DNA of 64,000 nucleotides from Balanoglossus misakiensis (taxonomy: Eukaryota; Animalia; Hemichordata), in contig CM082598.2 in the NCBI GenBank assembly GCA_040954595.2, positions 8,137,097 to 8,201,096 on the forward strand, written 5' to 3'. This document shows positions 52,309 through 64,000 of the stretch, one piece after another (the stretch's first letter is position 1; each line of letters starts with the position of its first letter). The notes below the pieces were generated by a model, which worked only from the letters and a program-made list of their open reading frames with translations, made no database searches and was not told the DNA's origin. A program made the position numbers and the translations under genes.

Positions 52309-55300
52309 TACCCTAGGAGATAGGTGCCGTTAATCAGAATTTTTGGTAAGGAAGGTTTGAGAAGTCCATTCTATGTAAAAAATGGTGCTGATTCCAAAAA
52401 TGTCAGTCTTATTGACCCCACTCAAGACAAAATTGCCATTTTGGCCATTTTTAACCCAAAAATGGTCTTTTTTAGAAAACACTAAAAACACACTGTTTTC
52501 GTCACATTCTGAGATCTGATGACATATGATATGCTTATTCTATGTAAAAATTGGTGAATATTACGAAAAAAGTAGTCCGATTGACCCAAAACAACACAAA
52601 ATTGCCTTTTTGACCATTTTTTGCCCCAAAAACGTCATTTTTAGAAAAAATTTAAAACACACGGGTTTCTTCATAATAATTGATCTGGTGATATATGGAA
52701 AGTCAATTCTATGTTAAAAGTGGTGACTTTAAAAAATAAAGCAGTCTTTTTGACCTCAATCAATACAAAAATGCCATTTTTGGCCACTTTTTGAGGTCAA
52801 AAAAGGTCATTTTTACAAAAAAACTAAAAACAAATTGTGTTCTTCATATTCAGAGATCATTGGATATATGAAATGTCCATTCTATGTAAAAAATGGTGCT
52901 GATTCCAGAAATAGCAGTCTTATTGATCCTACTCATGAAAAAATGCCATTTTTGCCACTTTTTGCCCCAAAAACGTCATTTTCAGAAAACGCTCAATATT
53001 TTTATATATCTTCTTTTTTCGGAGATCTGATAATGTATTATATGCCCACCCTATGTAAAATTTGGTGATTATTCCAAAAAAGCAGATTTATTGACCCATC
53101 CTAATGCAAAAATGCCCTTTTGGAAAGTTTTTGCCCAAAAAGGCCATTTTTAGAAAAAAAATTAAAAACAAACTTTTCTTCATAAAGCTCAGAGATCATG
53201 TGATATATAAAATGTTCATCCTATGTAAAAAATGGTGCTGATTCCAGAAATAGCAGTCTTATTGATCCTACTCAAGAAAAAAATGCCATTTTGCCACTTT
53301 TTGCCCCAAAAACGTCATTTTCAGAAAACACTCAAAATGTATATATTTTCTTCACTTTCGGAGATCTGATAATGTATTATATGCCCACTATATGTGAAAA
53401 ATTTCCAAAAAAAGCAGTTTTATTGATGCCACTCAAGATAAAAGTGCCTTTTTGGAAAGTTTTTGCCCAAAAAGTGTCATTTCTAGAAAATACGAAAATA
53501 TGCCATTTTCTTCCCATTGGTGATCTAATGATATATAAAAGTAGTGACATTAAAAAAACCCACTCTTACTGACCCAACAGAGGGAAAAAATACCATTTTG
53601 GCCTCTTTGGGTAACTGTTAGAAAAAATAAATACAAACTTATTCCTTCATATTCAGAGCCCTTGTGATGTATGTAAATTCGTTTTTGTTTTGTTTTTTTG
53701 TGTGTGCAAAAAATATGCTGATACCAGCACAACGGTCTTATTGAGACACCCCGCTCAGTACAAAATTGCCATTTAACCATCTTTTGGTCAACAATAGTCA
53801 TTTTCAGAAAACGAATATAATTGATGTGTCTGCCTTTTGAGTTCTGATGTTGTATATGCATATTTAAAACGTCATAACCATATATCAATTAAATTGATGA
53901 TATTGAAAGACAGAGTTGCCACAATTTGGCACATTTAGCGCAAAACTGAACTCAACAATAAGACGATCCATGTACACGCACTGTGTACTATAAGTCGATT
54001 ATGCCTGGTGTGAAATATTTAGGTTCAGATATGCCAGCTCGGGAGAGATTGTTGAAATTTATTCTCTTCAATCTGAATACAAAATCGGAAATTATATTAT
54101 AATTTATATCATGATACCTCCGTCATACTGATTGGACAGGAGTGCAACCCAACGATGCTAGAATACTCAATAGAGCACTGGCACCTGAACTAGCACGCAG
54201 CAGGAAAAATGTGGGCTTAAACCAAATAAACATAATAAAAACACTTAAATTCCTTCACGTTTTAATTTGGAACTGCTGTATGGGAATATTTAGACATTGT
54301 GCAATGCAATGCCTGTCTTTTGTCATCTGTATCATGTTTGGAGCTTGGTCCCGGGCGGCGTGTTTACATTCATCGACGCGAGTTTTGTTCAATTCGTAAC
54401 TTCTTTTCCTCTCGATGCTGTTTCATCATCATTATGAGTTCAACTTGGGCTAATTTTGCAAAAACTCCAAATACAAACATTTTTTCGGTACAAAATGGCT
54501 AAAAGGATAATTTTTTCTTGAGTAGATCTTTTTTTGGCTACAAATAGCCAAAAAGGCAATTTTGACTAGAGTGGGGCCAACCAGACTGCCGTTTTTGGGA
54601 TAGTCACCAAATTGTACACAGAATGGACTTTTCATACATGATCAGATCTCTGAATATGAAGAACACAATTTGTCTTTAGTTTGCTTGTTTTTAATGAACA
54701 TTTTTGACCAAAAAAGTGGCCGAAATTTCAATTGAATAGGGTAAGTAAGACTTCCGTTTTTGGAACAGTAACCACGTTTCAATATAGAATGGGCTTTTAT
54801 TTATAATAAGATCACCGAAAGTGAAGAAAAGAGAATGCTATTAATATATTCTTAAAAATAACAATTTTGTGCAAAACTTAGACAAAAAGGCGATTTCATC
54901 ATGGTTGAGGTCATTAAGACTGCATTTCTGGAAACAACACCTATTTTACAATACATGTACTTTTCACACACCATAGAATCTCCAAATAATAAGAAAAACA
55001 GTTTGTTTTTAATGATTTTCGAAAAGTGGCTTTTTGGGCACTGTTTTCTTGAGTGTCGCCAGTAAAACTTCTTTTGGAATTTTTTTCACATAGAGTGGGT
55101 ATATAATACATCATCATCTCCGAAAGTGAAGAAAATATAAAAGTTTTGGGTGTTTTCCAGAAATGACACTTTTGGGGCAAAAACTTGCCAAAAAGGCACT
55201 TTTATCTTGAGTGGCATCAATAAAACTGCTTTTTTGGAAATTTTTCACATATAGTGGGCATATAATACATCATCAGATCTCCAAAAGTGAAGAAAATATA

Positions 55301-56675
55301 TAAATTTTGAGTGTTTTCTGAAAATGACGTTTTAGGGGCAAAAAGTGGCAAAAATGACATTTTTTCTTGAGTAGGATCATTAAGACTGCTATTTCTGGAA
55401 TCAGCACCATTTTTTACATAGGATGAACATTTCATATATCACATGATCTCTGAGCTTTATGAAGAAAAGTTTGTTTTTAATTTTTTTTTCTAAAAATGGC
55501 CTTTTTGGGCAAAAACTTTCCAAAAGGGCATTTTTGCATTGGGTTGGGTCAATAAATCTGCTTTTTTTGGAATAATCACCAAATTTTACATAGGCTGGGC
55601 ATATAATACATTATCAGATCTCCGAAAGTGAAGAAAATATATAAATTTTGAGTGTTTTCTGAAAATGACGTTTTTGGGGCAAAAAGTGGCAAAAATGGCA
55701 TTTTTTCTTGAGTAGGATCATTAAGACTGCTATTTCTGGAATCAGCACCATTTTTTACATAGGATGAACATTTCATATATCACATGATCTCTGAGCTTTA
55801 TGAAGAAAAGTTTGTTTTTAATTTTTTTTTCTAAAAATGGCCTTTTTGGGCAAAAACTTTCCAAAAGGGCATTTTTGCATTGGGTTGGGTCAATAAATCT
55901 GCTTTTTTTGGAATAATCACCAAATTTTACATAGGCTGGGCATATAATACATTATCAGATCTCCGAAAGTGAAGAAAATATATAAATTTTGAGTGTTTTC
56001 TGAAAATGACGTTTTTGGGGCAAAAAGTGGCAAAAATGGCATTGTTTCTTGAGGAGGGTCAATAAGACTGACATTTCTGGAATCAGCACCATTTTTTACA
56101 TAGAATGGACATTTCATATATCCAATGATCTCTGAATATGAAGAACACAATTTGTTTTTAGTTTTTTTGTAAAAATGACCTTTTTTGACCTCAAAAAGTG
56201 GCCAAAAATGGCATTTTTGTATTGATTGAGGTCAAAAAGACTGCTTTATTTTTTAAAGTCACCATTTTTAACATAGAATTGACTTTCCATATATCACCAG
56301 ATCAATCATTATGAAGAAAACCGTGTGTTTTAATTTTTTTCTAAAAATGACGTTTTTGGGGCAAAAAATGGTAAAAAAGGCAATTTTTTGTTGTTTTGGG
56401 TCAATCGGACTACTTTTTTCGTAATATTCACCAAATTTTACATAGAATAAGCATATCGTAGGTCATCAGATCTCAGAATGTGACGAAAACAGTGTGTTTT
56501 AGTGTTTTCTAAAAAAGACCATTTTTGGGTTAAAAAGGGCCAAAATGGCAATTTTGTCTTGAGTGGGGTCAATAAGACTGACATTTTTGGAATCAGCACC
56601 ATTTTTTACATAGAATGGACTTCTCAAACCTTCCTTACCAAAAATTCTGATTAACGGCACCTATCTCCTAGGGTA
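52309..56675. mobile_element. Foldback non-autonomous DNA transposon (TA-ended, 3-bp TSD; Academ-like)
   Basis: TACCCTAGGAGATAGGTGCCG..CGGCACCTATCTCCTAGGGTA; TSD ATA (52306-52308, 56676-56678). Removal restores the repeat MQ-I-DLSGVD. Arms are built of ~170-bp units. Superfamily call is tentative. Confidence 0.85.
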
Positions 56676-58584
56676 ATAGACCTTAGTGGGGTTGATGGTG
56701 GTGTTCAGTCAGGGCCATGTACTGCTGGAAAAGATGACCTAGGTGTTGTTGATTTGTCAAATAAAAGTGCTATTCACAGTCAAAAAGCCAATGTCAAATC
56801 TAAAGATCACATCAAGTGCCCTGTTGACGATCGAATTGAGCAAACTATAGAAGATCTGTCAATTGCAATCTCAGAAGACTTACCATATGATGAAAAACCA
56901 AACGTGCAGATGCACAAGAGAATGGAGTCAAGCGAAAAAGACTAACAGATCAAGCAAAGAACCTGAAGCTACCTAGAATTAAGAAATTTCGAGGAAGTGT
57001 TAAGGGAACTGGTAGTTCTGCTATTGGTCTTTCATTGAAAAAGAAGAGACAGACTCGTACAAATAAGAAGATGGAGAAGAAGACAGAGAAGAAGAAGAGT
57101 GTTAAAGCAGCAAAAATTAAGGCAAACAATGTTGATCACAGATTGAAATCAGACAATCTTATTAGCGGTACCATTGAGATGGATTCAAATGAAAGCGAAA
57201 GTTTCAAGTCTAGGGTGAGAACATTTAAAAGCTCTGGGGAATTCCGAGAAGTTTTGGATATTGTTCGCTCCACAACATTCACCACCTTGAAGACACTTGG
57301 AGAGTTGTTCCAAATGCATTGTCAAAGGGAACGTATGGATCCTGCAAATGGAATCTTATTTGAGGCCAGTGAAAATGAACAGAAGCTGGACATCATTTCA
57401 GACTTGGTGTTAGATGTGATGCCCTCAATCAAGGAAGAATCCCTAGGAAGGGAAGCTGATATATTTCAATTGCTGATATCATGCATCTGGCTGGCTGAAG
57501 AGTACAACCTTGACATAAGGCCCATAAGGCAGGTGTTGTTGGCCGAACCAAACCATCTCATCCTGGTAGAAGATCCTTGTAAAGTAATACGAGGAAAATT
57601 ACGAGTTGGGAATACATCATTAACTAGAAGCGACCTTAACACTTGGGGCAACGGCAGTGGTTAAATGACCAGGTATGTACACTTTTTAAAATGAAAATTT
57701 ACTTTTCTATACCACACATTTTCCATACTAGACATGTATACGTTACAGTTTTCTCAGCCAAATTTATTGTAATTCTCATTTTCATAATTACCAACTTGTC
57801 ACATTTCACGAATATAAATAATGTTTGCAGCCAAAGGCTCATTATTCATGAATCGGTAATTTAAACAGGTTGGGATAGCTTTCCCTATCCATAACAAATT
57901 ATATTATAATTAGTGTGGATTAATCTTGTCATAGAATACCATGCAAGTCTTCCTATCATGTGACCTACTGTTCTGTCTACCTTTACCTTACATTTTTTAT
58001 CAAAAATCATATTTTAGAGTTAAAAAAGCAGTGTTTTGGGACAAACTTGTCCCAAATGTATTTGTAGAATCACCAAAGGGAATTGAGTTTTCAACTTAAA
58101 TCTTTTTTTCAGCAATATTGTGAATTTTGATTGCGCAAAGCATGCTAATACTGGTATCTGTTGAAACCACACAATAATTTCTCATAATAGCTGCACTTTG
58201 CAAGAGTTCCTCTTCACAAGTTTATTTTTCCTTATTTTTTTATAGGTAATCCATGCATATCTCAGTTTGCTAATGGCAGAGAATCCAAATAAAGTGTACA
58301 TACTTCCGTCCTTCCTAGGTGTAAAGTGGGAGCAAGGACTCTATGAGGATTGGTTGTATAATAAGGTATTTTTGTTACAATGTTTGCACATCAATTGTTT
58401 AAAATATTGCCTACTTGATTCAGAAAGCTTTTGTAACAGTTGACAAACGGACAGACAACAGTAGTTTCACAGTTTCATGGATGAGGACTTGCTTGTTATA
58501 TTGTTTTCCACAAACTGTTAATTGAAATGATTTAAACGTAAATCAGTTGAGAAAGACTGGTTAATGTTATTGATAAAATGATTA

Positions 58585-59398
58585 AAACCCCATTAGCTGT
58601 ATCTTTTCTGCATTTTGTTTACCAAACTAATACCCCCAATTCTTCGAATATATGTTGTGGATTCTCATCATTAAATCATATCACCTCTGAAAATGGATAT
58701 ATTTCAATCACTGGCAACATAATGGGTGTATCAAATTCAACCATCTATGCATACTTGCTGGTGGTGGCCATATTTGGCTTGCAAGCCAAAAATTATTTAT
58801 TTGTTAAAATCCAAGTTGTTTGGCCAATCCTAAGCCTTTTGCCAATATCTGGGAACTTTTATGGGCACATGTTGTGAAGGACTTTTCAATAAGGCCAGAG
58901 AGAAAAAAAATCTTGTTCATCGGATTTTTTGGACCAAGCTTCAGGAGCGGCGAGTGAAAAAATTTTTTTTTTTTTTTCCCCGGCCAAAGGTAAACGCGGT
59001 CCCTCAGACTTTTTTGCCAAGATACAGACAAAGCAAAATAATCTTTTCCCCTTTTAGCCTTACCAGAAATATCTCAGACAAAAAATCGACCCACTTTGTG
59101 TCATGTTTCGCAAAATTCAGATGTCACAACAGCGTGTTGTCAGGCACTTCGGAAGTCTCATTCAAAATCCTGCGCCCGCGAAAACCCGACGGAGTGTTGG
59201 GCGCCACCAGCGGCAGTACTAAAAATTTTGCAATGCGGAAGTATGAATTTGCCGCAATCCAAAAAAAAAAAATTCCAAATTGGCCAAAGTAGAAGCGGCG
59301 ATTCCGATGAACAATTTATTTTTTCTTCCTGGCCTAAGCTACTTTTGATATAAATTATTGTGTTCAAAATAATATGAAAAGATACAACTAATGGGACT
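58585..59398. mobile_element. TTAA-flanked Kolobok-like MITE; related partial copy at ~49817-50130
   Basis: Inverted ends CCCATTAGCTGTATCTTTTC..GAAAAGATACAACTAATGGG with TTAA-like flanks. Confidence 0.6.
58893..59334. mobile_element. PIF/Harbinger-like MITE nested in the previous MITE
   Basis: TAA|GGCCAG..TGTTCATCGG and CCGATGAACA..CTGGCC|TAA. Confidence 0.8.
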
Positions 59399-62300
59399 TT
59401 AAGTACACACACAGTTGCACATGTTTTTTGTTCTTGGGTGTGTGTTTTGTGGGCTGTTGGTGTCTGCAATTTTTTTAGCCATGGCTTTTCAAGTACATCA
59501 TATCAGTGGATATATTATTGATTCTGCTTGTCTGTATTAGTTACCCTGAAAATGGCCATTCAATAAGTCTTCATACAGAACGTGATCATATCCCAATAAT
59601 TGCAAGCAAAAGTTTTATGTATGGAACCTTTGACAGCTTAAAAGTAACTTATATCTTCATGATTTCTTGTTTCAGCCAAGATAACAATTTTTTCCATATT
59701 ATTTCCCAGGTTGATTTTAATGCATTCCGCTGGATTGTTATGCCTGTTAATGTATGCAATTCTCACTGGTGTCTTCTGGTAGTAGATATGATGAATAGAC
59801 CAGTTGGTGTTATGAACTCTGTGACAGATGAGGATGTAGAGGAATCTTACTTCAACCACTGGTGGTAAGTAGTAGAATGTTAGGTTACATTGACCTGCAC
59901 TTTGCATGCATGCACATAGTTGCATTTTGTATTTAATTCTATGAGTTATAAAACAGGCCTTCAGCTTTCCAAGACTATAGTGTAACAGAAATTAGTGATA
60001 GCCACATAGTTCATGTCAAGCTGTGAAAACAAAGACTAAATTTCCATCACTTAGACATGTTCTCAGTGGAACAGTGCAGTTAACACGACCAATAGCCATA
60101 CAATTGTACCAAATTGTACAGTAAACTTTTAACATTTTACCGAAATCAGTGCACCCGCTGATAAATTTTATCGTTCAACGTCGACCGCCTTTGAGGAACA
60201 GTAAAATTTCAAGGGGCAAGGGGGTACGGATGAACGTGCGAGGCGTGACCTGATACATATGATAGACATTCCCTTCTGTATTAAATAACTGCAAATAGAA
60301 TGATCCAGAGAAAGACGTCCAGACAAGTGCAGCAGTTTATGACTCATTCAACAAAGTTTTAGCCATAATTTATTTGCATGACAATGGGTTACTGCCTGGA
60401 GCTGTGAAGGTGACCTGATACATTCTGCCAAATTATCGCCCAAGCTATTGTTTTGTGTCATTGTTTTGGCTGTCAATTTCACCATTTTCAAATCAGTCAC
60501 CCTTGGCCCATAAACCCGGTATGCACGGCAGTTATTTTGGGATACGTTCCAATATAGCCACCAGATGGCCATTTTACTATGCTTTTAATTGTCGGGTGGG
60601 GACTATGTCATTGAAAATGACTTGTTCTCATTGCAGCTATTTTGTCTTGACCTGGAAACAGCTCACCACTCACACACTTCCAGAGTTCAAGAGGGTGAAG
60701 ATAACATGTGGAAAACAATATGATGTACACAGTTGTGGCATTTTTGTTTTGATGGTATGTTTATTGTCTTCTCTCTTACACATGAATACAGAAAGTTCTA
60801 CAAGTTACTTTCCATAACTTATAAAGCATTGACATTCCCAGAGTATTGCATAAATATTGCATAAGTAGTTACCTAAAGAGGTTTTGTTGCTGCCCATGAC
60901 ATTCTTAAGGCTTATGATGTAAAACAGTGCAAAAGCTTCAAGAGGGAAATGAGCAAATCCTATTCAGATCTACTAGCATTGGCTGATGGCCACAAAAGTT
61001 TACAGGCCCAATCTTTGTTTCCACTAGCCAGTCAACTAACATTTTTATAGCAACCCAATGAGTCGCACAGATGCTAAGCTGCAGCCAATCAAATTTTCAG
61101 TTTGTTAATTATTCACAATTCAGGGCCCAGGTCTCCTAGTTGAAAATATAAACCCTGTCTTTTGCGAATCAGATGGCCGGATTCTGACAAAGCAGATTAT
61201 GATAAAGTACACCACTGAAAGTTGAGATGTTTGGACTGAGCAAACTTCAGCAGCAATAACAAATAGATTTTCAATAGCAGAAAAACATTCCAGATTGCTG
61301 TGCGAATTCTATCAGAGTAACATTCCACAAGTTTAGAGGAATAACCCATTATGCATTGTGCAGTTTCGCTGAATTTCAGCCAAGGAGTTAGGAAGGTCAT
61401 GTGCTTGTTTAGGCCACAATGTTTGTTGAACATATTATCGTTTCCTTAATTCCTGAACAGTTGTATTGAGAAAAGGTTGACTGCTATAAAGAACAGATAA
61501 ACTGATTAAGAGTACAGCTGCAGTCAAATCAGTTCATACATCAGGAGATCTGTGTACATGTTAAAAGCTGTAGTTTTGAAATGGAGACTTCATAAGTGCC
61601 ATGCAAATAGTTGGCAAGTTAAGATTTGAGGCAGTCTTATAGAAGCCATGTAGATCTATCCCTACAATAATTTACAAGGTCAATAGATAATTATGATTCT
61701 CTTTTACAGAATGTGGAAGCTATCATTTCAAATGTTAAACCAGGTGTCATGCGTCAGCACCACTGCAGGATGTATAGAGAATACGTGAAGAAGAGGCTGC
61801 TGCAAAAGTCAATCTCAAATGAAGAGTTTGCTTGTGACCTGCCCTTTTGTACGAAGCCACCAGGTAAAGCACAGTGGGTGCTGTGCGATTCGTGCGAGAG
61901 GTGGTGCCATTTAAAATGCTGCAATGTAACATCAGTCAGACAGGACGATGCATTTTTCTGTGTTTTATGTGCTTAGTAGATTCTTCAGCATACGCAAGTA
62001 CATAAAGGCATGGGTACAAGGTAACTGGCTTATTTTGATTTATGCCATATTTCTTGAAAACGAAAACTCAGATGAAAGCAAAATTTGGTACAGACTTTGA
62101 TTTCTGTAAAGCTGAAATTTTTGTGTTGAAAAAATTTACATCGACCAATCACGTGACCAAATTGTCGCCATTTTGGTGCAAAAAATTGACTTGTTTTAGT
62201 TGTGTTTAGCTTTAACACAGCAAAATGGGGCTTCTGTTTAGGTGAACCCTGCTGTTTTAGTGTCAAGCCAAGTGGCTTGGTAATTACCTACTTTAGTACT

Positions 62301-64000
62301 GTATCCAATATATCCATCTAAGTATTAGTATAGGATAAGATAGAATAGTGTAGTGTTTGCATATTACTTTCCTTTTCTGACAAATTTATGTGCATTTGAA
62401 TTTCTATGTATGTTCAAAATATAAGCAGCTCGAATTTGCAAGTTAAGGTGTGGTGAGACAACGTTGTTAAAGTGTTTTTTTTCCGAAGCCATTTTCACAA
62501 TGAAGACAATATGATAACCCCTGTGAGAGACCACTCTCATGACCCGTGAGTGACCTCTGGTTCTGGTATCTTTGTTTCTTTTGCTCAAAGTTTCATAACA
62601 GAAATTTTAACTTTTTGTTCCAGGATGAGTTAGAGTGCACAAGTTGAATGGTATGCTTGACTGTTGCAGAGTTTGAACTCAAAATGACAAATTCATACCA
62701 ACAAAGATGCCAGGATGTACAGGTCACACAAGGATCAATAAGTGGCCTAATTATCAATTTTCCTGATAAAGAAATCTTTTTGATAATTTGGCATTAAAAG
62801 GCTATGGTGACAAAAAGAATACTGCCTTTACAAAACATACTGAAAATAATTGTCCAAATTAAAGCTACTGTTCTTTTTGTGAGTCTTTGTAGCATATGAA
62901 GCATATCTTGGTAAGGCCAAAGTAAGTAGATTGTTTGTTTTGCATCAGTGTGTGTATGTTTTTGGAGAATTTCATGAAAAACACAAACAGTGTATTTGAA
63001 TAGGACTTTACCGCTTAGCTTTTCTGTCTGCAAATCTTTGCTGATAATTTTTGTAAAATGTGCTGTAAATTCATGCATGCTTGCAGATTGAAGTCCAAAT
63101 TATGGAAGTGAATTCAGTTTCTGCTTTGATTCTTGAATTGGCACTGACATTTCATGAAAACAATCAAGTAAATACAAATCTTGTGTGTGATAAACTTTCT
63201 GTGTTTTTGAACTGCTTACCTTTCAAAATTTTGAGTGGAGACTGAGTGGACCGAAACAAAGAATTTAATTACTTTGGCCTAACATATTCTTGTACATTAT
63301 ATATCTGCCAGCTATGTATTTATGTTGTATTGACATGGAGAATGTTGACCCGCTCAAGGGCATATCACTGTATAAAGTGTCACAAAGTCATGCATGTGAT
63401 GATAACTTGTTTGAAGCCATCTGAATTTGGCATATATAGATTGTGTAACATTCACAAACATGTTAAGAATAAACATCTGAATTCTTTTAGTTTACACAGT
63501 CTCTTAATGATTCTCCCTGTTTTTGTTTTTTTGTGTGTGTGTCCTTTTAAAGCCCCAGTAACGCCGATTTTTGGCTATTTTTTTCATCATATGCCAGCTG
63601 TATTCTCAGGGGGCACATATGCAAGATGCCTTAGTACCATGTAATTTCTGAACTTAATCTATGAAATATTCACTCAAGTTGGTTCAATATGTCCAAAATA
63701 ATCTTAAAATTGTCTCCTGGAGCAAATTTTACCACAAAACGATATGAAATATGACTACATTATGCTCACAATCTTCAATACTGCCCTACTACATATTCTA
63801 GGATGGTAAAGGTCATTTAAGGTAAAAGACAAAAATATGCAAATTTCATTATGATTTGAGCAAACTGGGCTGAGATCACCCCTAGGAATATGCATATCAA
63901 ATTTCAAAGCACTCAGTCAAGCGGTTTCAGAGATAATGATTTTTTGACCAAAAATGTTTAAAATTGCACCAAAAATACATACATGCAAATTTCATCATGA

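Larger units (their letters stand above)
48077..61976 (+). pseudogene. MULE/MuDR (ZSWIM1/3-like) transposase with SWIM, repeats, Ulp1 protease and PHD; spliced, disrupted
   Basis: Exons 48077-48330, 50174-52308 joined to 56679-57672, 58246-58365, 59710-59864, 60637-60754, 61710-61976. Motifs HIDGTY, IVDKD, CLFH, TNNILERHH; SWIM CTC..LPCKH; WLNDQVI, SHWCLL, KQYDVHSCGIF; PHD WVLCDSCERWCHLKC. Stop at 50952, shifts at ~51180, ~56940 and ~57642. Confidence 0.88.

Noticed and set aside
52526-56150. Repeated MKCxxYVKNGADS ORFs
   Set aside because: Chance frames in the ~170-bp repeat; present on both strands by symmetry.

Overview
AT-rich metazoan (invertebrate-like) genomic DNA with GT-AG introns, almost entirely nested transposable elements. 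From left to right: (1) a partly duplicated minus-strand array of short hairpin-forming exons with a candidate intronic H/ACA RNA (0.4-5.9 kb); (2) a 3.9-kb TACGG-ended foldback element; (3) a BEL/Pao pol fragment; (4) an intron-containing Ginger1-type integrase fused to Ulp1 protease and PHD; (5) an intronless BTB-BACK-PHR gene and a 3-exon orphan ORF; (6) a decayed Crypton tyrosine recombinase split by a complete 14.8-kb IS3EU-type transposon (31797-46599; TATGG..CCATA ends, GTTATC TSD, ~1-kb minisatellite TIRs); (7) a MULE/ZSWIM-type transposase fused to Ulp1 and PHD, split by a 4.4-kb foldback. The best candidate novel system is the IS3EU element. It carries two convergent genes, an intact DDE transposase and a spliced HECT-type E3 ligase, and both proteins begin with a SAM-like domain, suggesting a SAM-coupled transposase/ubiquitin-ligase pair. 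Three unrelated transposon superfamilies here carry ubiquitin/SUMO-modifying domains. All domain calls are by-eye motif recognition; no searches were run.
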